A stretch of 64,000 nt of DNA from assembly GCA_048940925.1 (NCBI GenBank), contig JBHLOC010000003.1, positions 32,001 through 96,000 on the forward strand. The letters are read 5' to 3'. Shown one piece after another: positions 28,874-38,030 of the stretch. Source of the DNA: Promethearchaeota archaeon. Lineage in GTDB: Archaea; Asgardarchaeota; Lokiarchaeia; Sigyniarchaeales; SOKP01. Both the position numbers and the translations under genes were made by a program. The stretch's first letter is position 1; each line of letters begins with the position of its first letter. Below the pieces are notes generated by a model that worked only from the letters and a program-made list of their open reading frames with translations, did not search any database and was not told the DNA's origin.

Positions 28874-30064
28874 ATGACGTTAGAAAACTATTTCAAATCT
28901 AAATTCAAAATTTTTAAGTTTTCTAAAAATAAATTTCAAAATAATGTCAAATTTATTCATGCTAGTGATTTACACTTAGGTGCAGCACAATATCGAAATG
29001 AAAATCGATCAAATGATTTCATTAGAGCTTTTCAGGAAATATTAGAATTAGCAATAGAGTTTCAGGTTGATTTCATTTTATTAGGGGGCGATATTTTTAC
29101 GTCCCTTGAAATGTTACCAGGAAAATTGACTAAAATTATTAAAATGTTAATGGATTTCAAAGAATTTACAAATAATTCAATTTTAATTATAGCAATAGAG
29201 GGGAATCATGATATTCGTAAATTTTCAAGAGGTGTAAGATTCGAACGAAGAGGTCAATCATGGGTGAAACTCTTAAATAGCTTAGGATTAATAGTCCTCC
29301 TTGATATGGATTCAGAGGCTCCTCCTAAAGAGATGTTCACAAAATATAACTTTGAAAAAAGAAAAGGAGGAAAGATCCAAATAAAAAATGCAGTGATTTA
29401 TGGTACTCGTTATCTTGGTGAAAAGCCGATCTCTTTTCTTTCAAAAATTAGAAAAGCTATTGTTAAGAATAATAATTTTTTTAACATTCTTTTGCAACAT
29501 TTTGGTATAGAAGGCCAGATGGAAAATGTTCCAGGAGTAAAAACAGAAGATATTCAAGTCCTACGACACCGAGTTAATTATTTAGCATTGGGTCATTTTC
29601 ATAAGCAATTCATACTCGAAGATTGGATATATAATCCAGGTTCTTCAGAAGCAGTGAGTTCCATAGATAACTCATTCAAACGAGGTATTTTTTTAGTAGA
29701 AATTTCAAAAAATTTTGAAAGATTTAATAAACAAGTTAAAAAAATCCGTTTAAAAAATCGAGAATATTTATGGCATACAATTCATTTGAATTATGAAATT
29801 AGAAATAAACAAGAATTTGAAATTTTTATAATCAATAAATTAAAGTCCTCGTTAAAATATCTAGATTATGATATTCACCCATCTAATCTCCATATGCCAT
29901 TATTATATTTGATTTTAAAAGGCATACCACCCTCTAAATCATGTAAAATTACCGAAAAGGATTTAAGAACAAAAATTTGTGATACTCTACCTATTGTTGA
30001 TGTTATGATTTATCAAAAATATGTGAATTCGCTAAAGACATTAGACAATTATATACTAGCTTAA
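28874..30064 (+). CDS. Mre11/SbcD-like metallophosphoesterase nuclease
   Basis: HASDLHLG, GGDIF, GNHD, LALGHFH, YNPGSSE. Confidence 0.85.
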   Translation: MTLENYFKSKFKIFKFSKNKFQNNVKFIHASDLHLGAAQYRNENRSNDFIRAFQEILELAIEFQVDFILLGGDIFTSLEMLPGKLTKIIKMLMDFKEFTNNSILIIAIEGNHDIRKFSRGVRFERRGQSWVKLLNSLGLIVLLDMDSEAPPKEMFTKYNFEKRKGGKIQIKNAVIYGTRYLGEKPISFLSKIRKAIVKNNNFFNILLQHFGIEGQMENVPGVKTEDIQVLRHRVNYLALGHFHKQFILEDWIYNPGSSEAVSSIDNSFKRGIFLVEISKNFERFNKQVKKIRLKNREYLWHTIHLNYEIRNKQEFEIFIINKLKSSLKYLDYDIHPSNLHMPLLYLILKGIPPSKSCKITEKDLRTKICDTLPIVDVMIYQKYVNSLKTLDNYILA

Positions 30065-30135
30065 AGATTCTTTTATTGTGATATTATTCCCTATTTCTTT
30101 CATATTTATTAGTTAGTTTAATTAAATTAGTTATT

Positions 30136-31743
30136 ATGAATTTTAAACCATTCATAAAAAATAATAAATTCTTTTTGATTGTTTCTGCTATTTTCTTAAC
30201 TTGGTTAGTCTTCTTTATAATTTTAGCAATTATTGGAGAAAGAATTGTAATATTTTATGATGCTCTTGGACAGGTTGATGTTTCTTCAGAATATTCAAGT
30301 AATTTACCACTATTAAGATACATCATAGAGCCATTTATGGCTTTAGCTTTCATTCTAGAATATGAATTTACATGGTTGATACTATTTTTCATATTTTACC
30401 CAATTCTGAGAATACTATATTTGTATTTAAAGAAAAAGGAGTTCTTTAACTCAAAAAAGTATAATTATATTACTTATCTTTTAGCTGACATCATTTACTT
30501 TTCTTTTAAAATTTTGACTTTGACAGTCTTAATAATCGGAATGTATATTCTTATTGGGTTTGCTATACAAGGATATTTCTTTGTAAGTAGATACTTCATG
30601 GTGCCTATCCAAGTAGGAGTTCATCTTGCCATGATTCTCATTTTCATAAAAGTTGCTTATACCTTACTTAAATTATTTCATCCTAAACTAACACTTAACT
30701 TATCTAGAAAATTCTCAAACCGAAAAGCAGAAGAAAAATCAAATTTTAAGTTGATAAAACGAGAAGCTGTATTTTATATTGGAATTGGTGTTTTATTACT
30801 AAGTGCTAACATTTTTTTAATATCTACACCATTTCCACGGCATAAAATTAAACTGAAAGTTCCGCTCGAAGATAATGAATTTCTACTTGATTTTCATGTT
30901 CATACTATCTTTAGCGATGGTTGGTTTACCGTAGAGGAAAGAATAAACTGGTATATAAAGCAAGGGATCTCAGGGGCAGCCTTTTCTGACCATGATAACA
31001 TAAGAGGGGCTAGAATGGCTCAAAGATATGTTGATGAGCATGATTTAGATTTTATAGTTTTCATGGCCGAGGAATGGACAGATAATGAAAATGATATTCA
31101 TATGAATTATTTTGGTATTGCCGAAGAAATCGTACCTCTTCAATCCTATACTCCTGATGGTCCAAAAGCGATGAATGCTTCAGATATTATCAGTTATGTG
31201 AAAAGTAGAGGAGGTTATATTACAGTTAATCATTATAATTATGATCCAAATCCAAAAGGGGGTTTTGGTGTTCCATATACACTAGATCAATTGAAAGATT
31301 GGGGTGTAGATGGATTTGAAATTGTAAATAGTGGAGGATATGACGATAAATATCAACAAATAAGGGATTACTGCTTAAATAATAACCTAACCTGCATAGG
31401 AGGAAGTGATATTCATTCAAATGAAGATTTAAACACCTTTATTAAATTGAAGCTATCTGATCCTACAAATCTCACCATTGCTAACATTTTTAATACATTA
31501 AAGCACAATACACATCAAGTTATTGCGATTGACCTCAGTCCAAAAGTAGTAGGTTTTTCAAGTGATTTGAATGATTTTGGATTTTATGTGTTGGAGGATT
31601 TTATTAATTACATTATGAATATAGATACTTTTCAGGCAATGTCTTGGATAATTTGGTCAGGATTAATTTATTTACTCTTTTATATTAGCTATAGAAAGAT
31701 AAAAAAAGTTGATCTGAAGTTTTTAAAATATAAAATATATTAA
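30136..31743 (+). CDS. Membrane-anchored PHP-domain phosphoesterase
   Basis: About 5 N-terminal TMs plus 1 C-terminal TM; DFHVHTIFSDG, FSDHD, NH, GGSDIH. Confidence 0.82.
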   Translation: MNFKPFIKNNKFFLIVSAIFLTWLVFFIILAIIGERIVIFYDALGQVDVSSEYSSNLPLLRYIIEPFMALAFILEYEFTWLILFFIFYPILRILYLYLKKKEFFNSKKYNYITYLLADIIYFSFKILTLTVLIIGMYILIGFAIQGYFFVSRYFMVPIQVGVHLAMILIFIKVAYTLLKLFHPKLTLNLSRKFSNRKAEEKSNFKLIKREAVFYIGIGVLLLSANIFLISTPFPRHKIKLKVPLEDNEFLLDFHVHTIFSDGWFTVEERINWYIKQGISGAAFSDHDNIRGARMAQRYVDEHDLDFIVFMAEEWTDNENDIHMNYFGIAEEIVPLQSYTPDGPKAMNASDIISYVKSRGGYITVNHYNYDPNPKGGFGVPYTLDQLKDWGVDGFEIVNSGGYDDKYQQIRDYCLNNNLTCIGGSDIHSNEDLNTFIKLKLSDPTNLTIANIFNTLKHNTHQVIAIDLSPKVVGFSSDLNDFGFYVLEDFINYIMNIDTFQAMSWIIWSGLIYLLFYISYRKIKKVDLKFLKYKIY

Positions 31744-31767
31744 AATTGATATCTAATTAGCATTTGA

Positions 31768-32226
31768 TCAAATATAATAACCGGTATTATCTTCTTTTTT
31801 TTCTTTGTCGTCATCTTTGTCATCATCATCCTTATCTCCAAGTAATTTCTTATAAAAATACTTAAACATTTCTTCTGGATCTCCCTTAAAATCTTTTAAG
31901 TCACGAGGATCAATTTTAATAATACCACCTCTTTTAAGGGGTATTATGTTATTACGTATTTGTTGTTCAATTCTTTCTTGTTTTCTTTTATAGATTTCTA
32001 GCTCCTTTTTCATTAACTCTTTTAATTCATTTACAACAAGTTTGTCAAGATATTCTGGTTCAAATTCCATAAGATCCTCTGAACCATAAATTTTCGTGAC
32101 TTTTTTAATTGCTTTTTCCTTTTTAAATTCAGGAATTTGAGTGATACTAGTTAAATCAAGTAGATTTAAAATATTCAACCAATCAAGCTTAATTGTCCAG
32201 CTTAGTACTTTGTCGTTTTCGACCAT
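31768..32226 (-). CDS. Hypothetical protein with coiled coil and acidic tail ending ...TGYYI
   Basis: ORF track; amino-acid composition. Confidence 0.7.
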   Translation of the reverse strand: MVENDKVLSWTIKLDWLNILNLLDLTSITQIPEFKKEKAIKKVTKIYGSEDLMEFEPEYLDKLVVNELKELMKKELEIYKRKQERIEQQIRNNIIPLKRGGIIKIDPRDLKDFKGDPEEMFKYFYKKLLGDKDDDDKDDDKEKKEDNTGYYI

Positions 32227-32546
32227 GGTACATTTTTATATTTGATTCAGATAGTATAGTTATCTGAGTAAATTAAACTTTTTCTATTATATTGTACTCG
32301 ATAAATGATCCTTATAAACTTATTGATTCTAATCTATAATAACCATTTAAGGAAAACATTCTGGTTTAATTAACTAATTCAGATAAATCTTTCATAAAAT
32401 TTATTTCTAATAAAATTAAAAAGAAAAGAATAAAGGATCGTATTTGAAAGAATTTTAAAAATAAATAAAATAACTGATAATTATTTAAAAAAGAGTTATT
32501 GAAAAATCGTTTAAATTTAAGATAAGATATTACAATTCAAATTTAA

Positions 32547-32756
32547 TTATTCAAAATAACTTTTAAAAGATCTAGCAAAATCTTTCACTAAAATATTATC
32601 AATTTCTCCGAATTTATAATGTCCTCTAGGTACTTTTTCTTTGGCTGAGAAATGTTTCTTAAATGATAATTCAAAATCATTAATCGGGATACTATTTTCT
32701 TCAGCGAACTTTATTTCTCCAAATTTTAAAAGGAAATCAGGATTTATAATAGTCAA
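32547..32756 (-). CDS. Small protein with internal duplication
   Basis: Strong SD GAGGTGA before TTG; repeat KFGEI...DF..SFK..F. Confidence 0.65.
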   Translation of the reverse strand: MTIINPDFLLKFGEIKFAEENSIPINDFELSFKKHFSAKEKVPRGHYKFGEIDNILVKDFARSFKSYFE

Positions 32757-32905
32757 CTAATTTTTCACCTCAAATATTGATGTTTTATTCAAATGTTTTT
32801 TTAATTAAATAATAATTTTTATTAATAAAGATAGGTAAATATATAAATCTTTTCCTACACTTACAATGGTTATTTTTCCTAATTTTTAACCGAATCCCCA
32901 TTCAC

Positions 32906-32923
32906 TGAATGATCGTTCATTCA
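32906..32923. promoter_or_regulatory. TetR-type operator, FadR(YsiA)-box-like
   Basis: TGAATGA-TCGT-TCATTCA in the divergent intergenic region upstream of a TetR gene. Confidence 0.7.
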
Positions 32924-33198
32924 TTAAATTATTATCTTTATTATATAATAGAATTTTGGAAAAAAGATATAAAACTACCCCATTTGTAAAATTCTCATCA
33001 TTTTCCTATTTATTGCAAATATTTAGACATTAATTTCTAAAGTTGAGAAGATTCCAGATTTCTAAGAAACTTTAAAAAATAAATGGAATTAGATATTTAA
33101 ATAGTATAATAAATTTTAGTATAATTTCTTATATAACAATAATTTTAATGTTTTTTCCTATGAATTAAAATGGTCTTCATTTTTTGAGTTGATTATAA

Positions 33199-33813
33199 GT
33201 GTCTTTAAGAGCAAAAAAGTCTGAAATAATTAAGAAAGAAAAAAGAAATTTATTTATAATATCAGCTCTCTCTGTTTTTGAAGAAAAAGGATTTAACAAT
33301 ACTCGTATAAAAGACATCACAAAAAAAGCAGGGACCTCTGTGGGAAATTTTTATAACTATTTCAAAAGTAAAGAAGAAGTATTCGAAGTTATAATTAGTG
33401 GATTAGCTGAACTAATGGTCAGTAAGTTTAAAGAATTGTTCAAATTTTTTCTAGAAGATAGAATTCCCCCAATCTCTGCTGTCAAGAATCTTTTTCAAGG
33501 ATATTCAAAAATGTTTAGAGCTAAGAAAGAGACTTTTCTTATTTTTCTTGAGCAAATGGGGGGGATTAATAATAAATATAGGAAAAAAAGAAACGAAATT
33601 ATTGATAATTTTACGAGGGAAGTAGAAAAAATCATCTTAAAACTTTTAGAGTTTGGAGCTCGTGATCAGAATCCAAAATTAACTGCTAGAGTTTGGACAT
33701 CTACAGTGCTTGGTGTCTTTAATTGGTGGATTCGGAGCGATTTTGCCCTTGAAGAGGAAGAACTTGTTAACAATTTGACAGATTTTCTTGTTAGGGGGAC
33801 AATGACAAGATAA
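33199..33813 (+). CDS. TetR/AcrR-family transcriptional regulator
   Basis: ALSVFEEKGFNNTRIKDITKKAGTSVGNFYNYFKSKEE. Confidence 0.93.
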   Translation: MSLRAKKSEIIKKEKRNLFIISALSVFEEKGFNNTRIKDITKKAGTSVGNFYNYFKSKEEVFEVIISGLAELMVSKFKELFKFFLEDRIPPISAVKNLFQGYSKMFRAKKETFLIFLEQMGGINNKYRKKRNEIIDNFTREVEKIILKLLEFGARDQNPKLTARVWTSTVLGVFNWWIRSDFALEEEELVNNLTDFLVRGTMTR

Positions 33814-34025
33814 ATACATAAAATTTTACTTTATTCTAATCTGAAAGATTAAATTCGCGTGTTTTACACTTATTGTAAGATAGAAACTATTTTTATTCTT
33901 TAATATGATTATTTTTTCTGATAGTATTTTGATGAGAAAATATTTACAATAGTTATAATTATAAGCAATATATTCAAATTGTACTTGGAGATTTCATAAA
34001 TTAAATTTTTTGGGCTTAACCTAAA

Positions 34026-34952
34026 ATGAGTAGAGAAATAGATGATAGAACTTATTTGAATTATCTTTTACAATCTTTAAATGTAGATGATTTAAAACAA
34101 ATTTGTCGAGATTTTGAAATAAAGGGATTTTCAAAACTGAAGAAATCAGAATTGATAGACTTTATCCTTGATAGTCTAGCTGAGGAAGAGTTTAAAGAGC
34201 TATTAAAACAAAAGGAATTAGCTATAATCTCAAATGGAATAGATTTAGCAATAAAGAAGATCAACGACGAAGATAGAGAGACTATTACTGAAATTAAAAT
34301 AGTAAATCCAGATAGGCATGAGATTGAGCTTCAATTTAAAGGTTGGAATTGGGAAGTTGCTTCATTTCTATCTATTACTCCCTCAAATATAAAAAATCCT
34401 GAACGCGATTGTGACTGCCGAATAGGTTCAGAAATGGGTTTTTGTAGTCATTTTTGGATTGGTTTTATCTATTCATTAAAGCAAGATTGGTTTAAAATTA
34501 AAGATTGGACATTAACTATTTTACCTGAAGACTTTAAGGAAAGAATAAAGAATATCTCCTTAAAAACTAAAGCAAGTGAAAAGACAGAAGTTCTTATATA
34601 TGAGAATTCTCTCAAAGGAAAATTAATTAGTTACCTTAATTCAAGAATTACTATTTATCAGGGAGAAATATCAGATATAGAAAAAAGAGAATCAGAATTT
34701 CAAGGGAATATTACAGTTTTTTATATGATTATTCTTATAAACGTAAGATTTGGACCCCAACTTAAGAAAAAAAGTGATTACAATGAAGATGATATTGATA
34801 CTATTGAAAACTTAAAGATTAGAGTTAGTGAAAATGCTTTTGAAAAGGCTAATTTATCAGTTGGAGATAAAATTAGTTGTAATGGTGGAGTTAACAAGGA
34901 TAATTTTTGGGGATTAATGATAAAAAGGATTTCCAAACTTCAAAAGCTATAA
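34026..34952 (+). CDS. SAP/Rho-N-like + SWIM zinc finger + OB-fold protein
   Basis: LNVDDLKQICRDFEIKGFSKLKKSELID; CDC-x8-CSH; C-terminal beta-barrel with LSVGDKISCNG. Confidence 0.65.
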   Translation: MSREIDDRTYLNYLLQSLNVDDLKQICRDFEIKGFSKLKKSELIDFILDSLAEEEFKELLKQKELAIISNGIDLAIKKINDEDRETITEIKIVNPDRHEIELQFKGWNWEVASFLSITPSNIKNPERDCDCRIGSEMGFCSHFWIGFIYSLKQDWFKIKDWTLTILPEDFKERIKNISLKTKASEKTEVLIYENSLKGKLISYLNSRITIYQGEISDIEKRESEFQGNITVFYMIILINVRFGPQLKKKSDYNEDDIDTIENLKIRVSENAFEKANLSVGDKISCNGGVNKDNFWGLMIKRISKLQKL

Positions 34953-35089
34953 TATTACATAAGAGTGATATATAGCTGATTCTGCTATATTCTAAGATTT
35001 CATCCTAGATTTTATTAATATTGCTTTATTTTTCAAATTGTTTTATTGCTATTAATTAGGAAATTAAAGTTCTTGTAGAATGTATTACC

Positions 35090-35962
35090 TTGAGTAGAGC
35101 AGAAAATAGAAGAATTATCAGTGGGAAAATCTGTATGATCACTGGTGCTAATTCTGGTATTGGTAAAGCCACTGCAATTGGTTTAGCAAAATTAGGTGCT
35201 CATTTAGTGATGGTATGTCGCAATCAAGAACGCGCTGAATCAGCAATAAAAGAAATTAAAGAGAAAAGTGGAAATGATTTAATAGATTTGTTATTAGCAG
35301 ATTTATCTTCTCAAAAGGAAATTCATAGAGTTGTTGATGAGTTTAAGAAAAAGTATGATAAATTAGATGTTTTAATAAATAATGCTGGAGTGACACTTCC
35401 AAAATATTCCTTAACAATTGATGGAATCGAAAAAACGTTTGCGATTAATTATTTAGCCCAATTTATGTTATGTATTTTATTATTTGATGTTTTGAAAAAA
35501 GGAAATCCTGCAAGGATAGTGAATGTAGCTTCAAGTGTTCAAGCAAAAACCGTTGATTTTGATATTTTAAATAGCGAGGAGAATTATGGGCAATTAAAAG
35601 CATATGGTTTATCAAAGTTAGCAGTAATTCTCTTTACTCGTGAATTCGCGAAAGAGATAAAAGGATCGGGAGTTACTGTTAATTGTCTTCATCCGGGTTA
35701 TGTAAAAACTAAATTAATACGTAATTTCAGACCTTTTGTTAAGTATTTTTATCACCTTATAGGATTATTTATGATAAGTCCTAAAAAAGGTGCTAAAACA
35801 TCAATCTATTTAGCCTCCTCACCCGATGTGAATAGTATTAGTGGAAAGTATTATAAAAAAAGAAAAGAAGCAAAAACTGTAAAAATTTCATATGATGACG
35901 AAGTAGCAAAAAGACTTTGGGATATCAGTGTGGAATTAACTAACATTGATTTTAAACTTTAA
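35090..35962 (+). CDS. Short-chain dehydrogenase/reductase (retinol dehydrogenase-like)
   Basis: TGANSGIG, LINNAG, YGLSK, HPGYV. Confidence 0.92.
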   Translation: MSRAENRRIISGKICMITGANSGIGKATAIGLAKLGAHLVMVCRNQERAESAIKEIKEKSGNDLIDLLLADLSSQKEIHRVVDEFKKKYDKLDVLINNAGVTLPKYSLTIDGIEKTFAINYLAQFMLCILLFDVLKKGNPARIVNVASSVQAKTVDFDILNSEENYGQLKAYGLSKLAVILFTREFAKEIKGSGVTVNCLHPGYVKTKLIRNFRPFVKYFYHLIGLFMISPKKGAKTSIYLASSPDVNSISGKYYKKRKEAKTVKISYDDEVAKRLWDISVELTNIDFKL

Positions 35963-35974
35963 ACTATTCCTTAT

Positions 35975-37360
35975 TTACGAATAATTTTCTTTTAGTGAAT
36001 TAGTTAAGGTTCTTAACTTTTCAGAAATTTTTAGTTTGAATATTTGAGCTTCTTCTAGGCTTTTTAAGGGTTTAGGCAATCTTTTTATATTTTCTAAGTA
36101 AAATTGTTGGATTTCATTTAAATTTGGTAATTTTATTATTAATTCACCATTTTTCAGTATTGGTTTTAATAATGCATTAGAATTAGGAGGAGCCGGTTCA
36201 TTATCTAAAGCTAAGATATCTTCTTTAAACATATTATTATCGTAAACTCGATATACTTGTTTTATTCCCGGATAAGTTATTTTTTCCTCACTAATTTTGA
36301 TTCTTGGTGTACCATTGTATTCCATTAGTTTATAAACTCCCGATATTGTGGGATCGTCTCGAGATGTTGCTAATTCCGTTCCTACTCCAAAAGCATCTAT
36401 GGGCGCATTCTTATCAATGATTTCTTTTATTTTGTATTCATTTAAATCAGAACTTGCAACAATTAAAACATCTTCACATCCTTTATTATCTAAGATTTTT
36501 CTGACCTCTTTGGCATGTTTAATAAGATCTCCAGAATCTATTCTTACACCTCTTATGTTATTTCCATACTTGCATGATTTCTCAGCACCTAACTCTGTAT
36601 CATAAGTATCTATTAATAAAATAGAGTCTTCGCCATAGATTTTAAAATAGGATTCAAAACTATCCTCTTCAGTTTCAAATTTCTGAACAAAACTGTGAGC
36701 CATCGTACCAGTTGAATTGATTCCCAATTCAAGATCAGCAAGTACATTACTAGTTGCGCTAAAACCAGCTATATAGCTTGCTCTGGCAGCGTACACTCCT
36801 GCGAGCGGGCTATGAGATCTTCTCGTTCCAAATTCAAGAAGAACTTTATCCTGTGCTATGTTTTTAATTCTTGATGCCTTAGATGCAACCAATGTTTGGT
36901 AATTAATCACGTTTAATAAGTAAGTTTCGGCAATTTGAGCATGAAACATAGGACCTTTAACTCTTAAAATTGGTTCATTAGTAAAAAAAAAATCTCCTTC
37001 CCTCATAGCCCAGACATCTAGGTTGAACTTAAAATTAGGTAAATACTCATCAAAGAAATTAGGATTTATATTTTTAAAGACGGCTTTATTTTTCAGAAAT
37101 TCAATTGTTTGTTCTGTGAATCTCGCATTTTGCAGATAGTGGATTGCTTGTTCTAAACCCGCAAATATTAAATAATTCCGTTTTTTTGGAAATTTTCTTA
37201 TAAATAATTCAAAGGTAGCAATATCTTCTGTTTCATCAATATGATGTTCTAGATTATATTGATAATACGCCGCACCCATAGTTAATTGGTAAAAATCTGT
37301 TGCAAGAATCATATTTTTATCATTTACAAAACCAGAGTTCATTTCATTCATTTTTGCCAC
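35975..37360 (-). CDS. pncB: Nicotinate phosphoribosyltransferase
   Basis: TDFYQLTM, EFGTRR, GTMAHS, VRIDSGD, FGVGT, VYKL. Confidence 0.93.
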   Translation of the reverse strand: MAKMNEMNSGFVNDKNMILATDFYQLTMGAAYYQYNLEHHIDETEDIATFELFIRKFPKKRNYLIFAGLEQAIHYLQNARFTEQTIEFLKNKAVFKNINPNFFDEYLPNFKFNLDVWAMREGDFFFTNEPILRVKGPMFHAQIAETYLLNVINYQTLVASKASRIKNIAQDKVLLEFGTRRSHSPLAGVYAARASYIAGFSATSNVLADLELGINSTGTMAHSFVQKFETEEDSFESYFKIYGEDSILLIDTYDTELGAEKSCKYGNNIRGVRIDSGDLIKHAKEVRKILDNKGCEDVLIVASSDLNEYKIKEIIDKNAPIDAFGVGTELATSRDDPTISGVYKLMEYNGTPRIKISEEKITYPGIKQVYRVYDNNMFKEDILALDNEPAPPNSNALLKPILKNGELIIKLPNLNEIQQFYLENIKRLPKPLKSLEEAQIFKLKISEKLRTLTNSLKENYS

Positions 37361-37570
37361 AATGAAATTAAATTTATTGCTTTAAATATTTATTTTGAAT
37401 TTTTTTATTTTAAATCTTATTTTAAAGAATAATTAGATAAGGATAAAAAAAATTGTTTAACTCTTTAATGTCAAATATACATATGTCAACATGAATATTT
37501 CTGGATAGGTAATTATTATTTAAATATTCTTAAAAAGTGAAATGAGATAGAAAAAAAATAAAAATTAATT

Positions 37571-37849
37571 CTAAATTATCTCTTGAACTAATAAAGTGCG
37601 TGTTCTATTAAAAGCTGGAAAAGATAAATTTAATTGTACACCTCCAGTTGCATCATATTCGGATTTCCAAAGAACAGAAACAGTATAAGTTCCAGAGGGT
37701 AAACTTTCTGTTTGATAAACAATATTAAGATTATGACTAAATACCCTTGTAGTACCTGGATAGGGACCTGAGTCGTCATAGAAATGAATTGCCATCGTTT
37801 GGTTGCCTGAGCCTTCTATCTTAAGAACGACAAAGAAGTTACAACCCAA
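37571..37849 (-). pseudogene. Isolated beta-rich C-terminal domain fragment (surface/fibre-protein-like), probably a 5'-truncated remnant
   Basis: LPSGTYTVSVLWKS...RTLLVQEI pattern; weak TTG start, in-frame stop shortly upstream, no signal peptide. Confidence 0.4.
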
Positions 37850-38030
37850 GTTAAAATCTTCCCATTTAATGATACTAGAGCCTTATATTTAGTAGTTTTT
37901 GAGTTTTACGAACTTTACTAATATTATATGTAATAATATGAATCATCTGAAAGTGTTTATAAATTAACTCAACTATTTTTGTATAAATATATATTTTAAT
38001 AAAACATAGTTTAATCAAAAAAGTGATAGT

